This document shows positions 15,905 to 24,908 of a stretch of DNA of 64,000 nucleotides, piece after piece. The translations under genes were made by a program, and so were the position numbers. Each line of letters opens with the position of its first letter. Positions within the stretch are counted from its first letter, which is position 1. The stretch covers positions 1-64,000 of IMG/VR virus record IMGVR_UViG_2974766419_000001; one strand, written 5' to 3'. The notes beneath the pieces were generated by a model. That model searched no databases. It worked only from the letters and a program-made list of their open reading frames with translations, and had not been told where the DNA came from. The DNA comes from a virus (Duplodnaviria > Caudoviricetes).

Positions 15905-17134
15905 GTGGGCTTCTGGAGCAACCTGTTCGGTATCCCGAGCATCCCTGATCTGCCGAACGACAACGGCCCCATCGACTACAACCCCGGCGACCCTGACATG
16001 GTGGAGTTCCGCGGACCCGAGGAGGTGCCCGAGGCCCGCGCGTTGCCGTGGATTCGACCGACAGCCTGGTCTGGCTATCCCGAGTCCTGGGCCACCCCGA
16101 GTTGGGGCTCGGCGCAGGACAAGCTGCGGACCCTCATCGACGTGGCCTGGGCCTGCATCGACCTGAACGCATCGGTGCTGTCGTCCATGCCGATCTACCG
16201 GATGCGCAACGGCCGCATCATCGATTCGGTGGCCTGGATGTCCAACCCCGACCCCGAGGTCTACACCTCGTGGCAGGAGTTCGCCAAGCAGCTGTTCTGG
16301 GACTTCCAGCTCGGCGAAGCGTTCGTGCTGCCAATGGCGCACGGCTCCGACGGCTACCCCATCCGGTTCCGCGTCGTCCCGCCGTGGCTGGTCAACGTCG
16401 AGCTGAAGAAGGGCGCGCGCCGCGAATACCGCATCGGCGGCCTGAACGTCACCGACGAGATCCTGCACATTCGCTACCAGGGCAACACCGCCGACGCGCA
16501 CGGCCACGGTCCCCTGGAGTCGGCCGCGCCGCGCCAGGTCGTCATTGGCCTGCTTCAGAAGTACGTGCAGAACCTCGCCGAGACGGGCGGCGTTCCCCTG
16601 TACTGGCTCGGCGTCGAACGCAGGCTCAGCGAGACCGAGGCCGTCGACCTGATGGACCGCTGGATCGAGTCGCGCTCCAAGTACGCCGGGCATCCCGCGC
16701 TGGTGACGGGCGGTGCCACGCTCAACCAGGCGAAGTCGATGAGCGCCCAGGACCTCAGCCTGATGGAGCTGACCCAGTTCAACGAGGCGCGCATTGCCAT
16801 CCTGCTGGGGGTGCCGCCGTTCCTGGTGGGCCTGCCCGGCGCGACCGGCTCGCTGACCTACTCGAACATCGAGCAGCTGTTCTCGTTCCATGACCGCTCC
16901 AGCCTGCGGCCGAAGGCCACCGCGGTGATGGCGGCGCTCGACCGTTGGGCGCTGCCGTCGCCTCAGCACCTGGAACTCAACCGCGACGACTACACCCGGC
17001 CGTCGCTGGTGGAGCGTGCAACCGCATACAAGATCATGATCGAGGCAGGTGTGATGGAACCCAACGAGGCCCGAGCGATGGAACGTCTGCACAGTGAGGC
17101 GGCCGCGGTGCGGCTGTCCGGCGGTGGCGTGTGA
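15905..17134 (+). CDS. Portal protein (HK97-like)
   Basis: Position; G.AFV...R.P...LHIR...G.GPL; IAILLGVPP..VG motif. Confidence 0.93.
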   Translation: MGFWSNLFGIPSIPDLPNDNGPIDYNPGDPDMVEFRGPEEVPEARALPWIRPTAWSGYPESWATPSWGSAQDKLRTLIDVAWACIDLNASVLSSMPIYRMRNGRIIDSVAWMSNPDPEVYTSWQEFAKQLFWDFQLGEAFVLPMAHGSDGYPIRFRVVPPWLVNVELKKGARREYRIGGLNVTDEILHIRYQGNTADAHGHGPLESAAPRQVVIGLLQKYVQNLAETGGVPLYWLGVERRLSETEAVDLMDRWIESRSKYAGHPALVTGGATLNQAKSMSAQDLSLMELTQFNEARIAILLGVPPFLVGLPGATGSLTYSNIEQLFSFHDRSSLRPKATAVMAALDRWALPSPQHLELNRDDYTRPSLVERATAYKIMIEAGVMEPNEARAMERLHSEAAAVRLSGGGV

Positions 17135-17715
17135 CCACCGTCAGCGAAGACCTGGGCTACGCGCTCGGTCCCCGGTTCGTGACCACAGGGGACCACTACG
17201 CGCTGCTGCGCTACGTCGCCAGCCTGTGGCCGGAAGGCTTAGCCCTGGAGTTCGGCGTCGGCAAGGGTGAGTCGACGCGCATCCTCGCCGAGAATATGGC
17301 GGTGATCGGCTTCGACTCCTTCGAGGGTCTGCCTGAGGACTGGCGGCCAGAGTTCCCCAAGGGCTCGTTCCGGTTCGACATGCCTGACATTCCTGAGGTG
17401 TCGTTCCACGTCGGCTGGTTCGAGGACACCCTGCCCGAGGCCATGTCAGAGCTGGAGCGCTGGCCCATCGGCCTGGTCCACATCGACTGCGACCTGTACA
17501 GCTCCACCAAGACCGTGCTCGACCACATCGGACATCTGCTCACCCCGGGCGTCTACATCGTGTTCGATGAGTGGCACAGCTACGAGGGCTGCGAGCAGCA
17601 CGAGCAGCGCGCGTGGCGGGAGTTCGCCGAACGCACCGGCATCAGCTGGAGGGTCGTCGGCCACGGCTTCGAGCAGTGGGCCATCCAGATCACCGAGAGG
17701 GAGAGCAATGTCTGA
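17131..17715 (+). CDS. Class I SAM-dependent O-methyltransferase (TylF/MtfB-like)
   Basis: LEFGVGKG, GFDSFEGLPE, GWFEDTL, LVHIDCDLY, IVFDE motifs. Confidence 0.88.
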   Translation: MTTVSEDLGYALGPRFVTTGDHYALLRYVASLWPEGLALEFGVGKGESTRILAENMAVIGFDSFEGLPEDWRPEFPKGSFRFDMPDIPEVSFHVGWFEDTLPEAMSELERWPIGLVHIDCDLYSSTKTVLDHIGHLLTPGVYIVFDEWHSYEGCEQHEQRAWREFAERTGISWRVVGHGFEQWAIQITERESNV

Positions 17716-18577
17716 CCGGCCAATTACCTTGTTCATGTTCGCTGGCCGGGAAGGAAACATGCGGTGCAACCTGCCGCTGATCCGGCAGATTCTGGACGAG
17801 AACCCGAACGTGCAGTTCGACATCTGGAATCTGGCGCGCAAGCCCGCCGACGCCGAGTATCTGCGCACCATCCAGTCTGGCAGCGGGCTGCGGGTCATCA
17901 ACAACTTCGCCGGGCCGCGCGCATACCGCTTCCTCAACAAGGTGTGGAGCTACTACGCGCAGGACAAATTCAAAGACCAGCTGTTCGTCAAGATGGACGA
18001 CGACGTGGTGTTCATCGAGACCGAGAAGTTCGACGCGTTCGTTGACGAGGTGGAGGCTCACCCCGAGCACGTGCTGTCTGCGGAGGTCATCAACAACGGG
18101 GCGTGTACCGAGTTCGTCCCCGGCCTGAACACCAAGTTCCGCAAAATGGGCATCGACCTGCTCGACGTTCACGAGAGCAACGCCTACGCGCTGATGGCGC
18201 ATCAGCATATGGAGCGCAACTGGGAGAAGCTGGTCGGCCGCAAGACCAGCGTCACCGACATCGAGACGTGGCTGTCCATCAACTTCATCGGCATGAACTG
18301 GGACGTGCTGCGCCGACTCAACGGGCACATCGGCAACCGCGCACCCGAGTGGATCGCGGGCCGGCAGTGGCTGCCGCACCACCGTATCGGCGACGAAGGC
18401 GCGGCCAACATGCTGCCGCGCGCGGTGATGCAGGGCTTCACCGTGGGCCACCTGGGCTTCGGGCCGCAGAAGCTGACCGACGCGCAGGAAGACGAGTGGC
18501 GCGAGGTCTACACCAAGATCGGGCAGAAGTACCTGCTGGATGTTCGGAAACCGAACACCCCTGGAGGGGGTCTGTGA
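17708..18577 (+). CDS. Glycosyltransferase (GT-A fold, putative)
   Basis: FMFAGRE...FVKMDDDVVFI DxD motif...IGDEG. Confidence 0.8.
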   Translation: MSDRPITLFMFAGREGNMRCNLPLIRQILDENPNVQFDIWNLARKPADAEYLRTIQSGSGLRVINNFAGPRAYRFLNKVWSYYAQDKFKDQLFVKMDDDVVFIETEKFDAFVDEVEAHPEHVLSAEVINNGACTEFVPGLNTKFRKMGIDLLDVHESNAYALMAHQHMERNWEKLVGRKTSVTDIETWLSINFIGMNWDVLRRLNGHIGNRAPEWIAGRQWLPHHRIGDEGAANMLPRAVMQGFTVGHLGFGPQKLTDAQEDEWREVYTKIGQKYLLDVRKPNTPGGGL

Positions 18578-19266
18578 AGGTTGCCGTCGTCATTCCGTTT
18601 CGGGACCGCGGCCTTGATCCGCTGCGCCTGGAAAACCTGGCCAGGGTCGCCGACCATTGGGCGGGGTACAGCGGCGAGGTGATTGTCAGCGGCGACGGCC
18701 GCAGTGGCGACGCGCACTTCAACCGCAGCGCCGCCTACAACCGCGGCGTCACAGACACCGACGCTGACATGCTGATATTCGCCGAGTCGGACCTGCTGGT
18801 CAGCTACGCCCAGATCGACCGGGCCATCGAGATGGCGTCCGACAGTCTCGGCATGGTGGTCCCGTTCTCGTGGTTCATGGCACTGAGTCCCGAGGATTCG
18901 GTGCGCGTCCGCAACCGCGAAGTCGAGCCCGAGGGTCTGTCGGCCACCCCCATCAAGGGCCACCGCGGCAGCATCGGCGCCATCAACGTCCTGTCCCGCG
19001 ACACCTACGAGGCAGTCGGCGGCTACGACGAGCAGTTCGAGGGGGCCTGGTACGACGACGACGCGATGAAGATCGCGTTCGACGTGGCGGCCGGGCCAAC
19101 CCGCTGGGTGGAGGGATCGGCCTACCACCTGTATCACCTGTCGGGTGGCCGCGGCGCGCACCTGACCGCCGAGGACCGCGCGGCGACCGCGCGCAACCGC
19201 CGACGGCTGCGGCTGTACAGGCAGGCGCGCACCGCCGAGCAGATCAGAAAGCTGACCGCGCGGTGA
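18574..19266 (+). CDS. Glycosyltransferase family 2/7-like
   Basis: VVIPFR...FNRSAAYNRG...FAESD...GGYDEQFEGAWYDD...HLYH. Confidence 0.88.
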   Translation: MKVAVVIPFRDRGLDPLRLENLARVADHWAGYSGEVIVSGDGRSGDAHFNRSAAYNRGVTDTDADMLIFAESDLLVSYAQIDRAIEMASDSLGMVVPFSWFMALSPEDSVRVRNREVEPEGLSATPIKGHRGSIGAINVLSRDTYEAVGGYDEQFEGAWYDDDAMKIAFDVAAGPTRWVEGSAYHLYHLSGGRGAHLTAEDRAATARNRRRLRLYRQARTAEQIRKLTAR

Positions 19267-19883
19267 CGCTCATCGGCATCGTGGCCGACGCGCGCCGCGA
19301 CGGCGCGGGCGAGATGCTGGCGGCCAAGGTGCAGGCCGACTACCTGAGCATCGACCAGGGTGAGCTGGGCTGCGCGCAGAATCACGCGAAGGTGTGGCGC
19401 ACGCTGGCTGCCCTGTCGGAGGGCCACTCGCACTGCGTGGTGCTGGAGGACGACGCGGTTCCGGTCGACGGATTTCGCGATCAGCTCGACGCCGCGCTGG
19501 AGGCGGCACCGGCGCCCATCGTGTCGCTGTATCTCGGCCGCGGCTACATCGGCGACCGGTATATGTCGGGGCACATCGCACGCGCCGACCAGCTCAACGC
19601 GCACTGGCTGACCAGCCCCGCCATCATGCACGCTGTCGCCTTGGCGGTGCGCACCGACCTGCTCCCTGGCCTGGTCACGGCACTTCCATCCAAGGATCAG
19701 GCCATCGACCGGACCCTTTCGCTGTGGGCGCGGCGACAGGGGCACCGGGTGGCCTACACCCATCCGTCGCTGGTCGATCACGACGACGGACCAAGCCTGG
19801 TGTCCCGCTACAAGCGCGCCGAACGCCGTGCGTGGCGCGTCGGCGGTCGGGATGTTTGGCGCAACAAAACGATAGCCATATGA
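19263..19883 (+). CDS. Glycosyltransferase (GT25-like)
   Basis: GCAQNHAKVW...VVLEDDAVP...HPSLVDH. Confidence 0.8.
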   Translation: MTLIGIVADARRDGAGEMLAAKVQADYLSIDQGELGCAQNHAKVWRTLAALSEGHSHCVVLEDDAVPVDGFRDQLDAALEAAPAPIVSLYLGRGYIGDRYMSGHIARADQLNAHWLTSPAIMHAVALAVRTDLLPGLVTALPSKDQAIDRTLSLWARRQGHRVAYTHPSLVDHDDGPSLVSRYKRAERRAWRVGGRDVWRNKTIAI

Positions 19884-19951
19884 CGCAGTGTGACCTGGTA
19901 TAAGCCGCCACCTGCGGTAACCTGAAAAGCAATTCTCGCAAGGGAGAGGCA

Positions 19952-20614
19952 ATGTCTGACGACCGCAAGCTCAACACGCCTGGTGATCAGGGCATTCGTC
20001 CCTCGGTCGAAACCCGCTCCGAGACCGTCCAACTCGACAACGTTGACTTCGGCCAGCGAATCATCACGGTGCTGGCGGTCCCCTACGAACAGCCGACGCA
20101 GGTCATGTACCGCTCCGAGATGTGGTCGGAGGTGTTCACCCGCAGCGCCTTCAACGGCATCGAGAGCCAGAACCGCAAGATCCCCGCGACCGCTGCGCTG
20201 GAAATCCCGGCCCCCAACCATGACGGTGGGCGGCTCGTCGGCAAGGTTATCTCCTCGAACCCGTACCACGAGGCCGGCCTGATCTGCGAAGTCAAGGTCA
20301 GCCGAACCGACTATGGCGACGAGACGCTGGAGCTGGCGCGCGACGATGCACTGTCGGCCAGCATCGGGTTCCTGGTGAAGAACCCCAAGTTCGATCAGGA
20401 CCTGGACCGCTACACCAAGACCCGCCGGGTGAACCGGGCGTTCCTCGACCACCTGGCGTTCGTCGGCCAGCCCGCCTACGAGGGCGCGCGGGTGCTGGCG
20501 ATGCGCGGCGAGGACCGGCTGGAACCGGAGGCCCCGCTGTCCCCGACGCCGCGTCTCGACGAGTTCCTGAACGACCCCATCCTGCAGTGGGCGTCGAAGA
20601 CGGTGCGCGGATGA
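19952..20614 (+). CDS. Capsid maturation protease (HK97-type)
   Basis: Position; NH...VG...ASIGF...LDHLAFVGQPAYEGARV. Confidence 0.88.
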   Translation: MSDDRKLNTPGDQGIRPSVETRSETVQLDNVDFGQRIITVLAVPYEQPTQVMYRSEMWSEVFTRSAFNGIESQNRKIPATAALEIPAPNHDGGRLVGKVISSNPYHEAGLICEVKVSRTDYGDETLELARDDALSASIGFLVKNPKFDQDLDRYTKTRRVNRAFLDHLAFVGQPAYEGARVLAMRGEDRLEPEAPLSPTPRLDEFLNDPILQWASKTVRG

Positions 20615-20745
20615 AGGTCTGGTTTCAGGGTCGCTACATCGACGTCGCGGTGACGGTCACCGAGGGCGACGACGGCGTGCCCTACGTCTATGTCGATGTG
20701 CCCGACGGGCCGGACGGCGGCGAACCGCTGCCCGCCGCGGCGTGA
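20611..20745 (+). CDS. Small hypothetical protein (44 aa)
   Basis: Translated by hand: MKVWFQGRYIDV...; ATGA overlap. Confidence 0.5.
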   Translation: MKVWFQGRYIDVAVTVTEGDDGVPYVYVDVPDGPDGGEPLPAAA

Positions 20746-20807
20746 TCGGGGACTGTGAGTACGCCATTGGCGAGGTGCCGTGGCCATGGAAAACGTAGGG
20801 GACGGTT

Positions 20808-21005
20808 TTGCACAGCCTCGTTAAACAGCTCCGCGAGGCCACCGACTATCCATGGCAGGACTGCCTAGAGGCGGCCCGCATGACCACGGATATTCGGGTG
20901 GCCGTGGAGCTCCTCCCCGGGATTTGGCGCAAGCGCAACGGCGTGGAATATCGCGGGGAATGCACCCGCACTGTCAAGCCCGGTTACGAATGGATTTGGG
21001 AGTAA
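20808..21005 (+). CDS. Small protein resembling the EF-Ts N-terminal UBA-like domain (65 aa)
   Basis: SLVKQLREATDYPWQDCLEAA...DIRVAVELL; TTG start with GTAGGGG SD. Confidence 0.55.
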   Translation: MHSLVKQLREATDYPWQDCLEAARMTTDIRVAVELLPGIWRKRNGVEYRGECTRTVKPGYEWIWE

Positions 21006-21009
21006 CCTC

Positions 21010-21047
21010 TTGACGTCCTGAATACCTCACGAATGATCTGTTAATCT
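21010..21047 (+). promoter_or_regulatory. Putative capsid-operon promoter
   Basis: TTGACG at 21010-21015; extended -10 TGtTAATCT at 21039-21047. Confidence 0.5.
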
Positions 21048-21070
21048 TGAGCCTCAGATCGCAGGGACGA

Positions 21071-21121
21071 TCTCGCTGGCCGAGAGGGCTGACCGCACGG
21101 TCTCGTTAGCCGAGAGGGCTG
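21071..21121 (+). repeat. Two 21-bp direct repeats, each a mini-hairpin, in the capsid leader
   Basis: TCTCGctggcCGAGAGGGCTG (21071-21091) and TCTCGttagcCGAGAGGGCTG (21101-21121). Confidence 0.85.
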
Positions 21122-21166
21122 TTGAGGACAAGAACACCATCAAACTTCTCAGCAGGAGTAAGGCAC

Positions 21167-22399
21167 ATGGGCAACGCCACCACCGCCAGCGACGAGTACA
21201 TCCGCCGCCTCGAAAAGGAACTCAGCGAGAAGGAGTCCCTGGTTCGCGGCATCTATGACCGCGCCAACGCCTCCAACCGCGACGTCAACGAGGAAGAGGG
21301 CCAGATGGTCGCGGAGTGCCGCGGCCGCATGGAGCAGATCAAGAACCAGATGGAGCAGGCTCAGGAGGTCAACCGGATCGCCTTCGAGACCCGCTCCAAG
21401 GGCCAGGCCGTCGACGCCGCTATCTCGGCGATGCGCGGCAGCCCCGTCGGCACCGAGGTCGAGTATCGTTCCGCTGGCGAGTACATGCTCGACATGTGGA
21501 ACAGCGCGCAGGGCAACGCCAGCGCCGCTGACCGCCTGGAGGTCTACGCACGCGCGGCCGACCATCAGAAGACCGGCGACCTTCAGGGTGTCATCCCTGA
21601 TCCCATCGTCGGCCCGGTCATCGACTTCATCGACTCGGCCCGTCCGCTGGTGTCGACTCTCGGCACCCTGCCGCTGAACAACGCGACGTTCTACCGTCCG
21701 ATCGTGTCGCAGCGTCCGGCCGTCGGTCTGCAGGGCGTGGCCGGTGGACCCTCCGACGAGAAGTCGGAGCTGGACAGCCAGAAGATGATCATTGATCGTC
21801 TGACCGTCAACGCTCAGACGCTCGGCGGCTACGTCAACGTCTCGCGTCAGGCCATCGACTTCTCCTCGCCGTCGGCGCTGGACCTGGTGGTTAACGGTCT
21901 CGGCCAGCAGTACGCCATCGAGACCGAGGCCCTGGTGGGCGCGGCTCTCGCCAGCACCTCCACCGGCGCTGTCGGCTACGGCAACGCCACCGCCGACAAC
22001 GTGGCGGCGGCGATCTGGCAGGCTGCGGGTGCCGTGTACACCGCGGTGAAGGGCATGGGCCGTCTGGTCATCGCCATCGCACCGGACGTGCTGGGCGACT
22101 TCGGTCCCCTGTTTGCGCCGGTCAACCCGACCAACTCGCATTCGACGGGCTTCGAGGCCGGCCGCTTCGGCCAGGGCGTCATGGGCTCGATCTCCGGTAT
22201 TCCGGTGGTCATGTCGGCGGCGCTGGGCAGCGGCGACGCCTACCTGTTCTCGACCGCCGCGATCGAGTGCTTCGAGCAGCGGGTCGGCACCCTGCAGGTG
22301 GTCGAGCCTTCGGTGTTCGGTCTGCAGGTCGCCTACGCTGGCTACTTCTCGACGCTCGTCGTCAACGAGGACGCCATCGTTCCGCTGGTTGGGTCGTAA
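21167..22399 (+). CDS. Major capsid protein (HK97 fold, N-terminal coiled delta domain)
   Basis: AGGAG SD; coiled N-terminus; LGGYVNVSRQAID and G.I.GIPVV motifs; ends VGS*. Confidence 0.93.
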   Translation: MGNATTASDEYIRRLEKELSEKESLVRGIYDRANASNRDVNEEEGQMVAECRGRMEQIKNQMEQAQEVNRIAFETRSKGQAVDAAISAMRGSPVGTEVEYRSAGEYMLDMWNSAQGNASAADRLEVYARAADHQKTGDLQGVIPDPIVGPVIDFIDSARPLVSTLGTLPLNNATFYRPIVSQRPAVGLQGVAGGPSDEKSELDSQKMIIDRLTVNAQTLGGYVNVSRQAIDFSSPSALDLVVNGLGQQYAIETEALVGAALASTSTGAVGYGNATADNVAAAIWQAAGAVYTAVKGMGRLVIAIAPDVLGDFGPLFAPVNPTNSHSTGFEAGRFGQGVMGSISGIPVVMSAALGSGDAYLFSTAAIECFEQRVGTLQVVEPSVFGLQVAYAGYFSTLVVNEDAIVPLVGS

Positions 22400-22629
22400 T
22401 GCAGACCTACACCAATCGCAACGGTGAGCTGGTCGCAGTCGGGTCCATCAACCACGCGGAGTTGGCCCGGCTGCGAGCAGCAGCCAAGAAGGCGAAGCCC
22501 GAGCCCGAGTCGAAGCCCGAGTCGAAGCCCGAGGCTGAGCCGGAGGCTGAGGACAAGGCCGAGTCTGAGGCGACCCCTCCGGCTCCGAGGCGCGCAGCTA
22601 CGAAGTCGTCGGCCAAGTCCACCTCGTAA
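22399..22629 (+). CDS. Small Lys/Glu/Pro-rich virion-associated protein (76 aa)
   Basis: TAATG overlap; KPESKPEAEPE low complexity. Confidence 0.7.
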   Translation: MQTYTNRNGELVAVGSINHAELARLRAAAKKAKPEPESKPESKPEAEPEAEDKAESEATPPAPRRAATKSSAKSTS

Positions 22630-22638
22630 GGGGGCCGA

Positions 22639-23244
22639 ATGGCTGAGCTGAGCGAGGCCGATGTCGAGTCGTTCACTCGCGGGCGGCTGTCCGCGAGTGA
22701 TGGCGAGACCAAGAGGATGCTCGACGCCGCGCTGCTGACGGCCCGTCGATACTGTGGCTGGAAGGTGACACCCGTGGTCACCGATGACGTCATGGTTCTC
22801 GACGGGCCGGACAGCCGGATTCTCAACCTGCCCACCCGCAAGCTGGTCACGCTGTCGGAGCTGTCCGAGCGTGGTAACCCGGTGGACCTGTCCAAGGTGC
22901 GCTGGTCGGCGGGCGGGCCTCCCGGTTCGTCGTCGCGCCCCATCGCGGTGCGCAAGCGCAACGGCGGCTGGTGGACCGGCGAGTATCAGGGCATCGAAGT
23001 GAAGATGACCCACGGTTACACCGAGGCCGAGGCCGCGGACTGGCGGCTGGCGGTGCTGTCGATGGTGGACCAGATGAGCCAGACCCTCGCGTCGGGTCGC
23101 GGCGAGCTGGACCTCCTGTCGAAGAAGGTCGACGATGTGACCTACCGCTGGGGCGACCCGTACGCGGACTCCGCGCAGCAGGCGCTGTTCTCGGTGACCA
23201 GAGTGTTCGACAACTTCACGCTGCCGTGCGTGGAGTTCCTTTGA
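22639..23244 (+). CDS. Head-to-tail adaptor
   Basis: LDAALLTARRYCGW...HGY...; position after capsid. Confidence 0.8.
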   Translation: MAELSEADVESFTRGRLSASDGETKRMLDAALLTARRYCGWKVTPVVTDDVMVLDGPDSRILNLPTRKLVTLSELSERGNPVDLSKVRWSAGGPPGSSSRPIAVRKRNGGWWTGEYQGIEVKMTHGYTEAEAADWRLAVLSMVDQMSQTLASGRGELDLLSKKVDDVTYRWGDPYADSAQQALFSVTRVFDNFTLPCVEFL

Positions 23245-23257
23245 CGGAGGGGTTGGC

Positions 23258-23395
23258 ATGGCGATCACAGTCGAGGTGAAGCCGGACTTCTCGGCGTTCC
23301 GCGGGGCCACTGTCGAGGAGGTTGTCGCCGCGGTCGGCGTGGACGAGGCTACCGCCGAGAAGCTGTTGGAACACTTCACTCTGTTCCCGAGGTAG
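23258..23395 (+). CDS. Small hypothetical protein (45 aa)
   Basis: GGAGG SD; translated by hand. Confidence 0.55.
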   Translation: MAITVEVKPDFSAFRGATVEEVVAAVGVDEATAEKLLEHFTLFPR

Positions 23396-23397
23396 CC

Positions 23398-23757
23398 ATG
23401 TCATTCGGAGCGTCCACCGTCACGTTCGTGGTTCACACGGACGGGGCAACCCCTGGCGAGCTGGGCACCTATCCGCAGGTGGAGACCGAGGTGTCGGCGC
23501 CCGGCTGCCGGCATCGGCCGCTGACGTTTCGGGAGACCGCCGAGCTTCAGTTTGACGTGGCCACCCAAATCTGGAAAACGACGCTGCCGGTCGGTGAGTA
23601 CAGCCCGACGCTGCTCGATCAGATTAGGGCCGTCCAGCCCGACGACACGATCCGTGTCGATGGCGTGGAGTATTCGATCATCGGCGGTGTGCAAGTCTTC
23701 GACGACTTCGCTGGTCCGTTCAAAGCTACGATCATCTCCAAGAGGCACATCGGATGA
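23398..23757 (+). CDS. Head-to-tail stopper (putative)
   Basis: Position; GC..RP...D.I.VDG..Y.I.G pattern. Confidence 0.75.
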   Translation: MSFGASTVTFVVHTDGATPGELGTYPQVETEVSAPGCRHRPLTFRETAELQFDVATQIWKTTLPVGEYSPTLLDQIRAVQPDDTIRVDGVEYSIIGGVQVFDDFAGPFKATIISKRHIG

Positions 23758-24074
23758 GGGAGAGTGCTGTGCACAAGTACCGACTGCTGGCTCAGTGCTA
23801 CGTCCCCATCGGCGGCGGCCTCAAGTTCAAGCATGCCGGTCAGATCGTCACCCTCGACGCCAAGGCCGCGGCGAAGCTGGATGGCCTGATCGAGCCGGTG
23901 GGTGTTCGGAAACCGAACACCCCGAGGAAAGCTCAGGCCAAGAGGCCCAAGGTCGATGAGCCTGAGGTCCTGGAGTCTGAGGCCGAGGAGCCCGAGTCGG
24001 TGGAGGAGGTGACCTCCGATGCCGGTGAGCCGACAGGTGCTGTTCAACGAGCTGGAAGTGAAGATCGAGAATGA
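23754..24074 (+). CDS. Hypothetical protein (106 aa, acidic tail)
   Basis: ATGA overlap; contains an operator in frame. Confidence 0.6.
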   Translation: MRESAVHKYRLLAQCYVPIGGGLKFKHAGQIVTLDAKAAAKLDGLIEPVGVRKPNTPRKAQAKRPKVDEPEVLESEAEEPESVEEVTSDAGEPTGAVQRAGSEDRE

Positions 24075-24444
24075 CCCCGAGGTAAAGCTCCAGACGCTGG
24101 CGTTCGCCGAGCGGGTCAAGGAGTACTGGCAGGACATCGCGCCCGACGCGGGCGACCCTGGTCACCCCTACGCGACGGGTCACTACAAGGATTCGATTCA
24201 GCGTATCGCCACCAAGGGCCGCGGCCCCCGCGGTCGATGGATTTGGCACCACTGGGTGGGGACCTTCGATACTGTCGCCGGCCTGCTGGAGTACGGCACC
24301 GGCAACGACTACGGCCCCGAGAGCAAGGGCAACTGGATCGGCCTGGACGGCGAGCACCACTGGAGTTGGAAGACGCCCACCCCGACGTTCGCGTACGCCG
24401 CCCGTGTGGCGGCCCACTTCGGCGGAACGATGGACGATGACTGA
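24019..24444 (+). CDS. HK97 gp10-like neck/tail-completion protein (putative)
   Basis: TGHYKDSI...LLEYGTG...TPTFAY motif; start uncertain. Confidence 0.7.
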   Translation: MPVSRQVLFNELEVKIENDPEVKLQTLAFAERVKEYWQDIAPDAGDPGHPYATGHYKDSIQRIATKGRGPRGRWIWHHWVGTFDTVAGLLEYGTGNDYGPESKGNWIGLDGEHHWSWKTPTPTFAYAARVAAHFGGTMDDD

Positions 24445-24880
24445 GCCGCTGGACGACGAAGAGCCTGAGATCCCCGAGCCGGAGATTCTGAACGAGGGGC
24501 CGGCCGACGCTGAGACGTTTGTGGTGAAGTGGCTGGGCGAGGTGTATCGCGCAGCGAACACGCGCCGTCCCGGCGATCCGCTGCCGTTTCTGCTTATTCA
24601 GCAGGTGACGTCCAAGGAAAATCTGGACGAATCTACCGCCGATCCGGTGGTTCAGGTCGACATCTTGTGCGACAAGGTGAACGGCGAAGATGCAGCGCGT
24701 GATGTCAAAGATAGAGTCCATCGCCGAATGTTGCTTCTAGGAAGATATCTAGAGATGGACGGCACCCTCGATTGGATGAAGGTGTTCGAGTCGCCGCGTC
24801 GCCTGGAGTACGCAAACGACAAGGTCATCCGGTACATGGCGCGCTACCAGTTCGGGCAGACTTACGAGCAGATAGCTTAG
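24437..24880 (+). CDS. Tail terminator
   Basis: PLPFLLIQQV...VVQVD...RYMARY pattern; just before tail tube gene. Confidence 0.8.
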   Translation: MTEPLDDEEPEIPEPEILNEGPADAETFVVKWLGEVYRAANTRRPGDPLPFLLIQQVTSKENLDESTADPVVQVDILCDKVNGEDAARDVKDRVHRRMLLLGRYLEMDGTLDWMKVFESPRRLEYANDKVIRYMARYQFGQTYEQIA

Positions 24881-24908
24881 TATTTAGCGAGAGGAAAGGA
24901 CGTCCACT

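Noticed and set aside
18541-18557. Recurring peptides VRKPNT, VFGFRT, CSETEH and VFGNRT in the ORF track as a protein motif
   Set aside because: They are the translations of the DNA operator in different frames, including in non-coding shadow ORFs.
22490-22560. KPESKPE/EPE tandem repeats as a DNA repeat element
   Set aside because: Low-complexity coding sequence within a small protein, with no sign of independent function.
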